A stretch of DNA of 64,000 bases, from NCBI GenBank assembly GCA_040900375.1, contig JBBDZC010000012.1, forward strand, positions 39,301-103,300, in the 5' to 3' direction. The translations under genes were made by a program, and so were the position numbers. This DNA comes from Candidatus Anderseniibacteriota bacterium. Lineage in GTDB: Bacteria > Patescibacteriota > Andersenbacteria > UBA10190. The notes beneath the pieces were generated by a model. The model had not been told where the DNA came from. It saw only the letters and a program-made list of their open reading frames with translations, and did not search any database. How positions within the stretch are numbered: the stretch's first letter is position 1; each line of letters opens with the position of its first letter. Positions 18,633-26,844 of the stretch are shown here, piece after piece.

Positions 18633-18680
18633 AAGTTCAAAAAGCCCGCACAAACTTTGTACGGGCAGAGCAGGAGTAGT

Positions 18681-19109
18681 TTAAGAGACGGCAACGGGAA
18701 CGGTTCGGCCTTCTTTTAAGAAACGCCAGGATAAATCTGGCCGGCGCTCCAGGTGGTATGCATCTTTCAGGCGCTCGCTAAAGCAACTCTGCGCGCTGAC
18801 CCATTGGTGCGGCTTGCGCTCGCCCGAAGAGTAACGGACCCACCACGAGTTATTCTGCAGGGCAAGACAGTAAACTCCGTACGTTATGTCAGGGTCTTTT
18901 TGCAGAGCATACTGGTGAGCGGAGCGACAATAAGGCTCATTCTCGGCAATGACCGCCGCCAAGGAAAGAGTCCGACTAGTAGGGCGATGGCACCAGTGAT
19001 CCAAATCCTCATGGGTTAGCTCTGCGCCAGTCAGGAGTCTAAGCAGCCGCTGTGGGTGTTCATGGCGAGACGACATCTCCACGTTATTCATGGGAATCCT
19101 TTCTGTCAA
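18681..19109 (-). CDS. Hypothetical Cys/His-containing protein
   Basis: 142-aa ORF immediately downstream of the priA homolog on the same strand. No recognised domain. Confidence 0.4.
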   Translation of the reverse strand: MTERIPMNNVEMSSRHEHPQRLLRLLTGAELTHEDLDHWCHRPTSRTLSLAAVIAENEPYCRSAHQYALQKDPDITYGVYCLALQNNSWWVRYSSGERKPHQWVSAQSCFSERLKDAYHLERRPDLSWRFLKEGRTVPVAVS

Positions 19110-19215
19110 AGAACGGTAAGAAAGTACAGGTGGGCCGCAAGCAAGATTGGTCGGTAGGATAAGCAGTGAAGAGATTTTATCTGCCGCAGATCAGCTCGTC
19201 AACCCCTCGATCCTA

Positions 19216-21117
19216 CTAGAGAATTCGTTCAGGAGTGACATCAACCCGATCGAGTGGCAGAGAGGCGTACAGCGAGGTAAGTGTGTCGAGAGCACCTAAT
19301 AGTAAGAGGTGGCGTTCATACTTGCCGCGGCGCTTGGTAAGAAAACTGCTAAACGGTCCCCGAATACTGACCGGCGTACCCGCTGTCATTTTCTCTTCGA
19401 TAGCTGTACGCAATGCGATAGCTTTATGGTCTGCTCCGGCGGGGGTAGCGCTGGCGGCTGTGATAATCACTGCTTCCCGGACTGGAGGATAGCCAAAATG
19501 CTGGCGCTCGCGTAACTGACGCTCGGCGAAGGCTGTTGGGGTAAGGATTAATTGATCGGCAACCAGTTGCTCTTTGCGCGTCACGATCACAACAGGCTGG
19601 CGGGCAGGCAGGAGAGACTGTAAACGAACAAGCGTATAATATGTGCGCTCCGAACTCCGGAAATCAGGGTAGAGTAAGCCCCGTTCGGGGAAGAGGTACA
19701 CCGCGTGCTCAAGACGCTGATTCGCGAGGGCAGCAAAAAGGGCAGTCGTTCCCAGGATGACTGTCCCACCCTTGAGAGTGCTTAGGGGAGAATTAGGGCG
19801 ACGGAGGGTATCAGCATCAAGTCGGAGGAGGGAAGCGGAAGCAGGCAGAAGTTCCTGCAAAAGGTCAGCGATTTTTTCTGTGCCGGCACCAAAGGAACGC
19901 AGCTTTTCCTGGTGACAGTGCGGGCAACGAGACGGGACTGCCTGTACCTTCCCACAGTGATGACATTGGAGACGGCGTAAGCCGGGCCCATGCACCGTGA
20001 AAGCAATATTACACTCGGGACAGCGCACAGCCTGATGACATGAACTACAAACAATTGTTTGCCAGACACCCCGTACATTATGGAGAATCGCGATACGCTC
20101 ACGTGCGGCCACCCAGCTTTTTAGCTGTCTCACAAACGTCGAGGGCAAACTCAAGTACTGCTTTTGCTCCGCCTCGGATAAAGCTATGACCCTAGGTTGC
20201 GGCAGACGGGGACGCCGTGTCAGCGGCGGTAAGGTGCCAGAAGCAACGGCGTGTTCTATGCGGAGCGAGGGGAAGCTTGTGGCATAGACTTGCACAGCGT
20301 GGTGAATTCCTGCCAGCACCCGGCTGATATCGAGATTGTGGAGGCGCGGATATTGATCCCATAATTTGTGGGTGCTGTAAAATTCTTCTTCGATCACAAT
20401 TACACCAAGGTTAGCGAAAGGTAAGAAAGCTGCTTTCTGGGTACCAATGATAAGCTGCAGGTTACCCGTGCGAACCTGGTGCCAGATCAGCGTAGATTGC
20501 TTCGGGGTCAAATCAGCGTGCATGAGGGCGAAGCGAGAAGCGGCGGTGGTGGTCTCCGCGAGACGAGCAATATGCTCGAGCATCCATTTTTCCGGGACTA
20601 ATATTAACACTTGTCGGCTTTGGCGCCAGGCTTGCTCCATCCGGGGTAGGTAGCGGCGAAAACGACTCATAAGCCTTCGGGCCACCACGACGGTATCATT
20701 GGCAATGAGCGGGGGAGCGGGGGAGGGCTGGGTGAGAACGGTCTGCGCCGCAGCCGGAAAAGATGGTGACTGCTGGCGCGTGACTGCTGGCGGATAGAAG
20801 AGACGCAACGTGTAGCCTAAACCCCCGCGCATGGTGCGATGAATCCAATGCGCAAATTCCACCTGGCGCGCAGTGAGCTGCAGGGGGGAGAGAAGAGTTA
20901 GCTCCTTGGTGAGGTAGGGGACACGCTGACGATGTACATTAACTACTACGCCCGGCACAACACGGCGGCCAAAAGGAATGGTTACCCGGGCAAATATCTC
21001 GGGCTCATGGCGTAGGGTAGCCGGCACATGGTAGGTGTAGGCCTGGGCGCTGGTGGCCGGCAGAGGAATGGCAGGGGCGACCTCGACATACACACGTGAT
21101 TTTTTTGTAGATACCAT
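19216..21117 (-). CDS. priA: Primosomal protein N' (PriA) homolog with degenerate ATPase motifs
   Basis: Collinear with PriA through the helicase core and the Cys-rich region (CSSC...CPEC...CHHC...CPHC). Walker A is absent (RRLMSRFRRYLP where GVTGSGKTEVYL is expected). Motif II reads IEEEF (expected DEEH). Motif VI lacks GRAGR. Confidence 0.75.
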   Translation of the reverse strand: MVSTKKSRVYVEVAPAIPLPATSAQAYTYHVPATLRHEPEIFARVTIPFGRRVVPGVVVNVHRQRVPYLTKELTLLSPLQLTARQVEFAHWIHRTMRGGLGYTLRLFYPPAVTRQQSPSFPAAAQTVLTQPSPAPPLIANDTVVVARRLMSRFRRYLPRMEQAWRQSRQVLILVPEKWMLEHIARLAETTTAASRFALMHADLTPKQSTLIWHQVRTGNLQLIIGTQKAAFLPFANLGVIVIEEEFYSTHKLWDQYPRLHNLDISRVLAGIHHAVQVYATSFPSLRIEHAVASGTLPPLTRRPRLPQPRVIALSEAEQKQYLSLPSTFVRQLKSWVAARERIAILHNVRGVWQTIVCSSCHQAVRCPECNIAFTVHGPGLRRLQCHHCGKVQAVPSRCPHCHQEKLRSFGAGTEKIADLLQELLPASASLLRLDADTLRRPNSPLSTLKGGTVILGTTALFAALANQRLEHAVYLFPERGLLYPDFRSSERTYYTLVRLQSLLPARQPVVIVTRKEQLVADQLILTPTAFAERQLRERQHFGYPPVREAVIITAASATPAGADHKAIALRTAIEEKMTAGTPVSIRGPFSSFLTKRRGKYERHLLLLGALDTLTSLYASLPLDRVDVTPERIL

Positions 21118-21199
21118 ACATTATCACCGTACCATGAGGACCAGAATTGCACCGCTCTTTTTGGTAGACTGTTCGCCCACCATGCTCCCTCAAGCTCAT

Positions 21200-21299
21200 A
21201 CCAACCCCACGTACTTACTTCCACAACCGCGGGTCCAGCCTTCGCTAAGGCTTAAGTCACCCGCGGCTGATGGGGGAATGAATCAGGTAGGGTTGGTAT
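21200..21299. repeat. MITE-like ~98-bp element, copy 2
   Basis: ATACCAACCCCACGTACTTACTTCCACAACCGCGGGTCCAGCCTTCGCTAAGGCTTAAGTCACCCGCGGCTGATGGGGGAATGAATCAGGTAGGGTTGGTAT. Abuts the stop of the AMMECR1-like gene. Confidence 0.7.
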
Positions 21300-21817
21300 C
21301 ACTCATCGTAATGGGTCACTTCAAAACGATACATCGTGAAATCCTCGCGGTGGGAATCAATCCGTGACTCACGCAAAGCCGTAGCAATTTGGTCTTGGCC
21401 TGTTTCGATGCCAACCCGTTGGGGCAACAGCAGCGCTGATTTTTCCGTCGTGGACTTGAGGTATAGCCCAAAATGTTGGGGATCTAAATGATCGGGATCA
21501 CTAATACGCTGGAGGGGGCCCAACAGTGCCACACTATAAACCAAATACGATAAGTCTGCGTGGCGCACGCGGCGGGTTTGGTGATTGCTAATCGCAATAA
21601 TCGTATTAGTAATAATTTCTTCAGCAAGAGTGGGTTGATAGGGTAAAGGCTGGCCATACATGGAGCGCAAGCGCCGTCCCGGATTCTCAAAAATTGAGAC
21701 ATAGCATGCTTTCTGTCGCAAGGCCTCGGGCGGTAGGGCAGGGGGTAAGGGCAACGGTTCGTTGGTGCGAACATAATGTTCGGCAGAATGGCGGGCTAAT
21801 TTAACGTAGGTGCTCAT
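21299..21817 (-). CDS. AMMECR1-domain protein
   Basis: KACYVSIFENPGRRLRSMYG resembles the AMMECR1 core (G.FVT....LRGCIG-like). 172 aa. Confidence 0.55.
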   Translation of the reverse strand: MSTYVKLARHSAEHYVRTNEPLPLPPALPPEALRQKACYVSIFENPGRRLRSMYGQPLPYQPTLAEEIITNTIIAISNHQTRRVRHADLSYLVYSVALLGPLQRISDPDHLDPQHFGLYLKSTTEKSALLLPQRVGIETGQDQIATALRESRIDSHREDFTMYRFEVTHYDE

Positions 21818-21907
21818 GATGAGTAAATCATTCTAAGATACCATACCCGGGTCTCGCGCATCATTTTACCTTGCTGGAAGCGGCCGCTTGACCTACAGTG
21901 CAGCTAT

Positions 21908-22468
21908 ATGGAGCCGTCGATGATTCGCACTGATACTCGTGTTCGCTTGTTTGTGGCTGTACCGATACCAGCGCTTATCCAGAAAAATTTAATAGCAGCG
22001 CTTAATAGTTTTCCGCAGTACATTGAGCAGACAATTGATCAAGAAAGGTGGCATTTGACGCTCGTTTTCTTGGGTGAAGTTGAAAACCCACGACAATACT
22101 GGTCGCGACTTACCAAGGCCTTACCGCAAGCCTTTATGCCAACCATCTCAATTACGCACATCGGGCGCGGTCTCCAGCGCGATCAATTATGGGCCTATGC
22201 CCATCCGACAGCTATTCTCTTTAATTTATACCGCGAGCTGGGACAACGACTGCGCGGCATGCGCTTTCCTTTGCCCCGGCAACAGTACGATGATTTTGTG
22301 CCACACGTTCACGTGGCCAATCTATACCCTATGGCACGGGGCATTGGGATTGCTGATGCAGCCGTTACCACCACTTTTAGCGTCCGCGAACTCCTAGTAT
22401 ACCGGAGCGTTCCGGGTGCCCACGGATCACAGTACGCGACAGAAGCGGCTATACCCTTAGGTGCGTAA
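21908..22468 (+). CDS. 2H-phosphoesterase family protein (LigT/ThpR-like RNA 2',3'-cyclic phosphodiesterase)
   Basis: First H-x-T-x motif HLTLVFLG. The second motif is a variant, PHVHVANL. About 186 aa. Confidence 0.6.
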   Translation: MEPSMIRTDTRVRLFVAVPIPALIQKNLIAALNSFPQYIEQTIDQERWHLTLVFLGEVENPRQYWSRLTKALPQAFMPTISITHIGRGLQRDQLWAYAHPTAILFNLYRELGQRLRGMRFPLPRQQYDDFVPHVHVANLYPMARGIGIADAAVTTTFSVRELLVYRSVPGAHGSQYATEAAIPLGA

Positions 22469-22470
22469 GT

Positions 22471-23442
22471 ATGTCGCTATCTACCCGTACTGCACAACGA
22501 GAAAAAGTCTTGGCCCCGGCTGCGGCAACTTTGTCGCCAAGGAGTGAGCCCGATCTGACTGCGGCCATACCGCGGGGAACAATCGAGCAATTGCAACTAG
22601 GTCACGTAATTTGTGACTTCTTGCGGCAGGAGATCTTTCAGAACTTGTGTACCACCTGGCTCACTAATGATGAACAACGTTTTCATCATGTAATCACTCT
22701 TAACCCGGAGATGGTCATGGCCGCGGAAAGTAATATCCCTTTTCGCCAGGCGCTCCAACAAGCAAAGCTGCGCGTTCCTGACGGGGCTGGTTTAATTTGG
22801 GCCCAGTGGTTTATCCGTTCTCAATTTTGGTCGCTGATTCCTAGCTTAATCGCTTTTTCTTTCCGTGATGTTGAACGCATTACGGGGGTTGACACAGTTT
22901 GGCTACTGGCCCGCCTGTGTGCCCGCTTTGATCACCCCTTGTACCTCTTAGGCGGCACGGCTCGGGAGGTAGAGAGAACAGCTACGCTGCTCCGTGATGC
23001 TCTGCCGAGCCTTCAGGTTCATACGAGTGCCGACCATACCTACAATCTTGAGGGTCCCGCGGAAATTTTAGCAGACATTCGCCACCGGGCACCCGCCGTA
23101 CTCTTAGTGGCTTATGGGGCGGTCAAGCAAACATTGTGGATTGAACGCCATAAGCAGGAACTTCCGAGTGTCCGAATTGCCGTGGGGGTCGGTGGCGCCT
23201 TTTCTATTTTAAGCGAAGAGAAACCGCGGGCACCGCGAATCTTGCGGCAATTTAACCTGGAATGGTTGTGGCGACTCTTGTTAGAACCCTCACGATTACC
23301 ACGTATTTGGCAGGCAACTGTCCGGTTTCCACTGCTCATCCAGCGCCAAAAAGCGGCTGACCCGCCACTATTTGCCTCGCCCGATACTCAATCTACGCCC
23401 GCTACACCTCCGTTAGACAAACAGGATACTGCTGCAAGATAA
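22471..23442 (+). CDS. WecB/TagA/CpsF-family glycosyltransferase (TagA/WecG-like)
   Basis: ITLNPEMVMAA...LRVPDGAGLIWA...PLYLLGG pattern of the WecG/TagA family. Confidence 0.75.
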   Translation: MSLSTRTAQREKVLAPAAATLSPRSEPDLTAAIPRGTIEQLQLGHVICDFLRQEIFQNLCTTWLTNDEQRFHHVITLNPEMVMAAESNIPFRQALQQAKLRVPDGAGLIWAQWFIRSQFWSLIPSLIAFSFRDVERITGVDTVWLLARLCARFDHPLYLLGGTAREVERTATLLRDALPSLQVHTSADHTYNLEGPAEILADIRHRAPAVLLVAYGAVKQTLWIERHKQELPSVRIAVGVGGAFSILSEEKPRAPRILRQFNLEWLWRLLLEPSRLPRIWQATVRFPLLIQRQKAADPPLFASPDTQSTPATPPLDKQDTAAR

Positions 23443-23714
23443 GGAGCAAGAAAGGGGGTAAAGTTACTATTTTCAATGTGCTCGCGGCATTTATAAAAGT
23501 AAATATTAGCTTTATTTGGTAAATAATTAGGCTTTTGCACATGTAGCTATATTTGACGCAATATCATGCCCTTTTTAGGGTGAAATGATGGTCGAATTTA
23601 TCTACCGGTTTAGCACAAGGGTTTTAGTTAGTCTCATCCGGGAGGCGTAATGCTCTTGTAAGACTTAGCAGGGTATGAATATCCTTACCGACTTTAAAGG
23701 AGGTGACGGCAGAC

Positions 23715-24377
23715 ATGAATGATCACGATAAAGATGACGATGCAGTAGATTATGAGGAAGGAAGTTTTTTTGATCGAATCAAAGAATCACCTCGAACTGT
23801 TTCTGCCCTAATTATCATTTTAATTGTCGCGGCCGCGATTTACGCTTTTTCCGGAAATGATGACCAGGGGTTGCAAGATGAGCCTGGTGACCAGGTAGCA
23901 GTTACCACGCAAGAACCAGGAACGGGTGAGGAAGAAGAAGCGGGAACCGAGACGACACCCTCGCCAGGCGAGGGGGATGGAGCAGACGTTACGAGCGCGC
24001 CAACAACAACGCCCGCCGCGCCTTCGGAGCCAGTCACCCAAGAGCAGCTGCGCGAGGCCGCCCAAGCCTTGCCCCAGGCACGCACCACTGACAATGCGTA
24101 CGTGGAAGTAGCACAAGCGGGTGATGGGATCACCCACCTAAGTCGTCGAGCGGTCACTCATTGGCTCGCCGAAAATCAACCCGGCTATTCCGTAACCAAT
24201 GAACACCGCATCTACATCGAGGACTATATCCAGAATCGTCTAGGAAGTGAGCGTCTAGAAATAGGCGGAGAAAAATCCATTTCCTTTGACCTAATCCGTG
24301 AGGCAGTCGCCGCCGCCGGACAATTAAACGAGCAGCAACTGCGTAACCTAAGCCAGTACACCCACGCATTAACATGA
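23715..24377 (+). CDS. Acidic membrane-anchored hypothetical protein (start at ATG 23715 with AAAGGAGGTG Shine-Dalgarno; the ORF opens at GTG 23703)
   Basis: Strong Shine-Dalgarno 9 nt upstream of ATG. Asp/Glu-rich N-terminus, one TM (ALIIILIVAAAIYAF), Glu/Thr/Pro-rich linker, C-terminal globular part. Confidence 0.45.
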   Translation: MNDHDKDDDAVDYEEGSFFDRIKESPRTVSALIIILIVAAAIYAFSGNDDQGLQDEPGDQVAVTTQEPGTGEEEEAGTETTPSPGEGDGADVTSAPTTTPAAPSEPVTQEQLREAAQALPQARTTDNAYVEVAQAGDGITHLSRRAVTHWLAENQPGYSVTNEHRIYIEDYIQNRLGSERLEIGGEKSISFDLIREAVAAAGQLNEQQLRNLSQYTHALT

Positions 24378-24471
24378 TTGTAGTGGGCCTTTCGGGGAAT
24401 CAAAAAGCTCCACTGTATACGGTGGAGCTTTTTGCTACACTGCCTTAATCTATGAGTACCATGTCGCGGCT

Positions 24472-25233
24472 ATGACTTTACCCTTACCTACCCGTGAAGC
24501 TCCACGGGCTCACGCCCGTGGCCTCTCCCGTCAAGGGACGCCGCCGCAGGCGGTGAGCGGAACCCCGCGAAGCCGAAGGCCCAGCTACCCCACTTCGCTC
24601 GCCGTTGGCGAGCTCCGCGGGGTACCCCATTCGCCTTCATCCACGGGCTCACGCCCGTGGCTTTCGGCGAAGTGGGGTAAACTTCCATCCGAGGCTAAGC
24701 GCGTCTTTACCGGACGCATTTTTAGTGTGTGGCAATGGGAACAGCAACTATATAACGGTAGTACGGCAATCTTTGAAGGGATTAGCCGCCCCGACTATGT
24801 TTGTGCTATTGGAATATTGCCTAATCAAAAACTCCTGTTAGTGGAAGATGAACAACCTGATCGTCCAGCCATCATCACGCCGGCAGGCGGTCAACTCGAG
24901 CCGGGTGAAGAACCAAGCGCGGGCGCAGGACGAGAATTCCGGGAAGAAACAGGCTATGAAGCCAGGCAGCTTGTACCCTGGTTTACGTATCAGCCAAATA
25001 GTAAATTATTTATGACGTGCCACTTCTTCATCGCCCGCCATCTTACAGCGCACGGTCAGACCGCGCTTGAAGCAGGGGAGCGCATCACGCTTAAGCAGTA
25101 CACTTTTGCGGAATTTGTCGCCCTTGGGAGCGACCCGGCTGTACGAGATGGAATGTTACGTATTAAGCTGCTTGAAGCCCAGCTTGATCCCCAAAAGAAA
25201 CAAGATCTCCACCACTTACTCTATGCCCGGTAG
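24472..25233 (+). CDS. NUDIX hydrolase (ADP-ribose pyrophosphatase-like); the first ~75 codons of the ORF are encoded by the hairpin-repeat element and the true start is uncertain
   Basis: NUDIX box GGQLEPGEEPSAGAGREFREETG. Conserved N-terminal strand GRIFSVWQWEQQ begins about nt 24700. The upstream in-frame sequence is Pro/Arg-rich low complexity derived from the repeats. Confidence 0.75.
   Translation: MTLPLPTREAPRAHARGLSRQGTPPQAVSGTPRSRRPSYPTSLAVGELRGVPHSPSSTGSRPWLSAKWGKLPSEAKRVFTGRIFSVWQWEQQLYNGSTAIFEGISRPDYVCAIGILPNQKLLLVEDEQPDRPAIITPAGGQLEPGEEPSAGAGREFREETGYEARQLVPWFTYQPNSKLFMTCHFFIARHLTAHGQTALEAGERITLKQYTFAEFVALGSDPAVRDGMLRIKLLEAQLDPQKKQDLHHLLYAR
24514..24661. repeat. Pair of identical 20-nt palindromic hairpins (CCACGGGCTCACGCCCGTGG) flanking a ~108-nt structured segment, within the 5' region of the NUDIX ORF
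   Basis: Exact copies at about 24514-24533 and 24642-24661. Between them, 13-nt complementary arms TACCCCACTTCGC / GCGAAGTGGGGTA. Same hairpin family as 10676 and 10757. Confidence 0.55.
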
Positions 25234-26572
25234 TGAAAAACAGGTTCGTGTCCGGATCGCGCCTAGTCCCACCGGTAATCTTCATGTGGGCACGGTCCGC
25301 GCGGCTCTTTTTAATGAACTTTTTGCTCGCCACCACGGCGGCAGCTTCATCATCCGTATTGAAGATACTGATAAGGCGCGCTCGCGTCCCGAGTTTGAAC
25401 GTAATATTCTCGAGGGCTTAGCCTGGCTGGGAATAGAGTGGCAGGAAGGGCCGGACAAAGACGGTAGTTTTGGTCCCTACCGTCAGTCAGAACGTATTGA
25501 ACACTACCGCGCCGCTTTGCAGGCGCTCTTGGACCAGGATAAAGCTTACTATGATGAGACAGCTAATAACGTCATTCGGTTACGTGTGGCTCCTCAAGAA
25601 GTACGGTTTACTGACCTTATCCGGGGAGAAATTATTACCCATACTGATAGTTGGGGAGGGGACTTTGTGATCGCGCGCGACCTTAAAGATCCTGTTTTTC
25701 ATCTCGCGGTTGTGGTTGATGATGCCGCCCAGCAGATTAGCCATGTGATTAGGGGAGAGGACCATATCAGCAATACCGCCCGCCATCTTTTACTGCAGCA
25801 AGCGCTTAATCTTCCAACACCGCACTATGCTCACTTACCATTACTCCTGGATGAGCATCGCCGGAAACTCTCGAAGCGGGCAGGGGAAGTCAGTGTGCTC
25901 ACGTACCAACAGCACGGCTACTTGCCGGATGCTCTGCTAAACTATTTAGCGCTGCTGGGTTGGAATCCCAAGAATGACCAAGAATATTTCACCCACGAAG
26001 AACTAATTCGTAACTTTAACCTGCCGGGTATCCAAAAGGGCGGAGCAGTTTTCTCCCTGGTAAAGCTGCAAGGTTTTAATAAGTATTATTTACGCCAATT
26101 ATCACCGCCGGCGTTGTTGGCGGCAGCCGAGCCGTATTTACGCCAGGCGGGAATCGCGGTGGATAATACGGCTTACTGGCAGTCGGCGCTGCAAACAGAG
26201 CAAGAGCGGGTGAGTACTCTTCAAGAATTAGGCCAGGCTGTAGCGTTTTTTGCACCAGACTGGCAAGGTGATTTCCCGGGGACGCTGCTTATATGGAAAA
26301 AAAGTGATCGTCAGCAGACACGGCAGATTCTAGAAAAATTAGCCCAGTTTCTTGAGACCCTGCCCGAGCCGACGTTTACGGTGCAAAGTCTCCACGATGA
26401 GATTATGAACTGGCTGGAGACAGAACAGTTGGGACGAGGGGATACACTGTGGCCTCTGCGGGTGGCCCTGACTGGACGCGAGCATTCACCTGGGCCCTTT
26501 GAAGTAGCCGCCGTCCTGGGCAAACAGGCGACGCTGCAGCGCATTGCGCAGGCGCTGGAGAAACTATTATAA
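25223..26572 (+). CDS. gltX: Glutamyl-tRNA synthetase (the ORF opens at 25067; likely start at MPGSEKQ, 25223, overlapping the NUDIX stop)
   Basis: HIGH-region PSPTGNLHVG and KMSKS-like KLSKR, in the class I GluRS arrangement. Confidence 0.9.
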   Translation: MPGSEKQVRVRIAPSPTGNLHVGTVRAALFNELFARHHGGSFIIRIEDTDKARSRPEFERNILEGLAWLGIEWQEGPDKDGSFGPYRQSERIEHYRAALQALLDQDKAYYDETANNVIRLRVAPQEVRFTDLIRGEIITHTDSWGGDFVIARDLKDPVFHLAVVVDDAAQQISHVIRGEDHISNTARHLLLQQALNLPTPHYAHLPLLLDEHRRKLSKRAGEVSVLTYQQHGYLPDALLNYLALLGWNPKNDQEYFTHEELIRNFNLPGIQKGGAVFSLVKLQGFNKYYLRQLSPPALLAAAEPYLRQAGIAVDNTAYWQSALQTEQERVSTLQELGQAVAFFAPDWQGDFPGTLLIWKKSDRQQTRQILEKLAQFLETLPEPTFTVQSLHDEIMNWLETEQLGRGDTLWPLRVALTGREHSPGPFEVAAVLGKQATLQRIAQALEKLL

Positions 26573-26844
26573 TTTTAACCATTATGAAACATTTTCGCCC
26601 CCGCTGGCAGCGCATCCTCTACACTATCATTGTGGCGTTGTTGGCCCTTGGTATGGTATCTATTTCGTTTATCTACTAAGCAATCCCTGATTGGGAGATA
26701 TTGCAGGAATAGCCTGGCGCTTCGGCATAATGAATATCCAAGGCCCCTGATGGGCCGGAGCCGTTGATATACTGGGCAGGCTGTATCGCGCCGATAAGTC
26801 GTGGCATAATAAGAGAGTTAGCTTATGGTCCTCACGCATTACTT

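Noticed and set aside
24640-24700. Possible RNase P RNA: GGGGTAAACTTCCATCCGAGGCTAAGC resembles the conserved GGUAAACUCCACCCGGAGCAAGGC segment
   Set aside because: No matching CR-I (GGAAAGUCCGGGCU), CR-II/III or 3' ACAGAACCCGGCUUA elements on either side. The NUDIX coding sequence starts within about 40 nt. The flanking hairpins are duplicated, which RNase P RNA is not.
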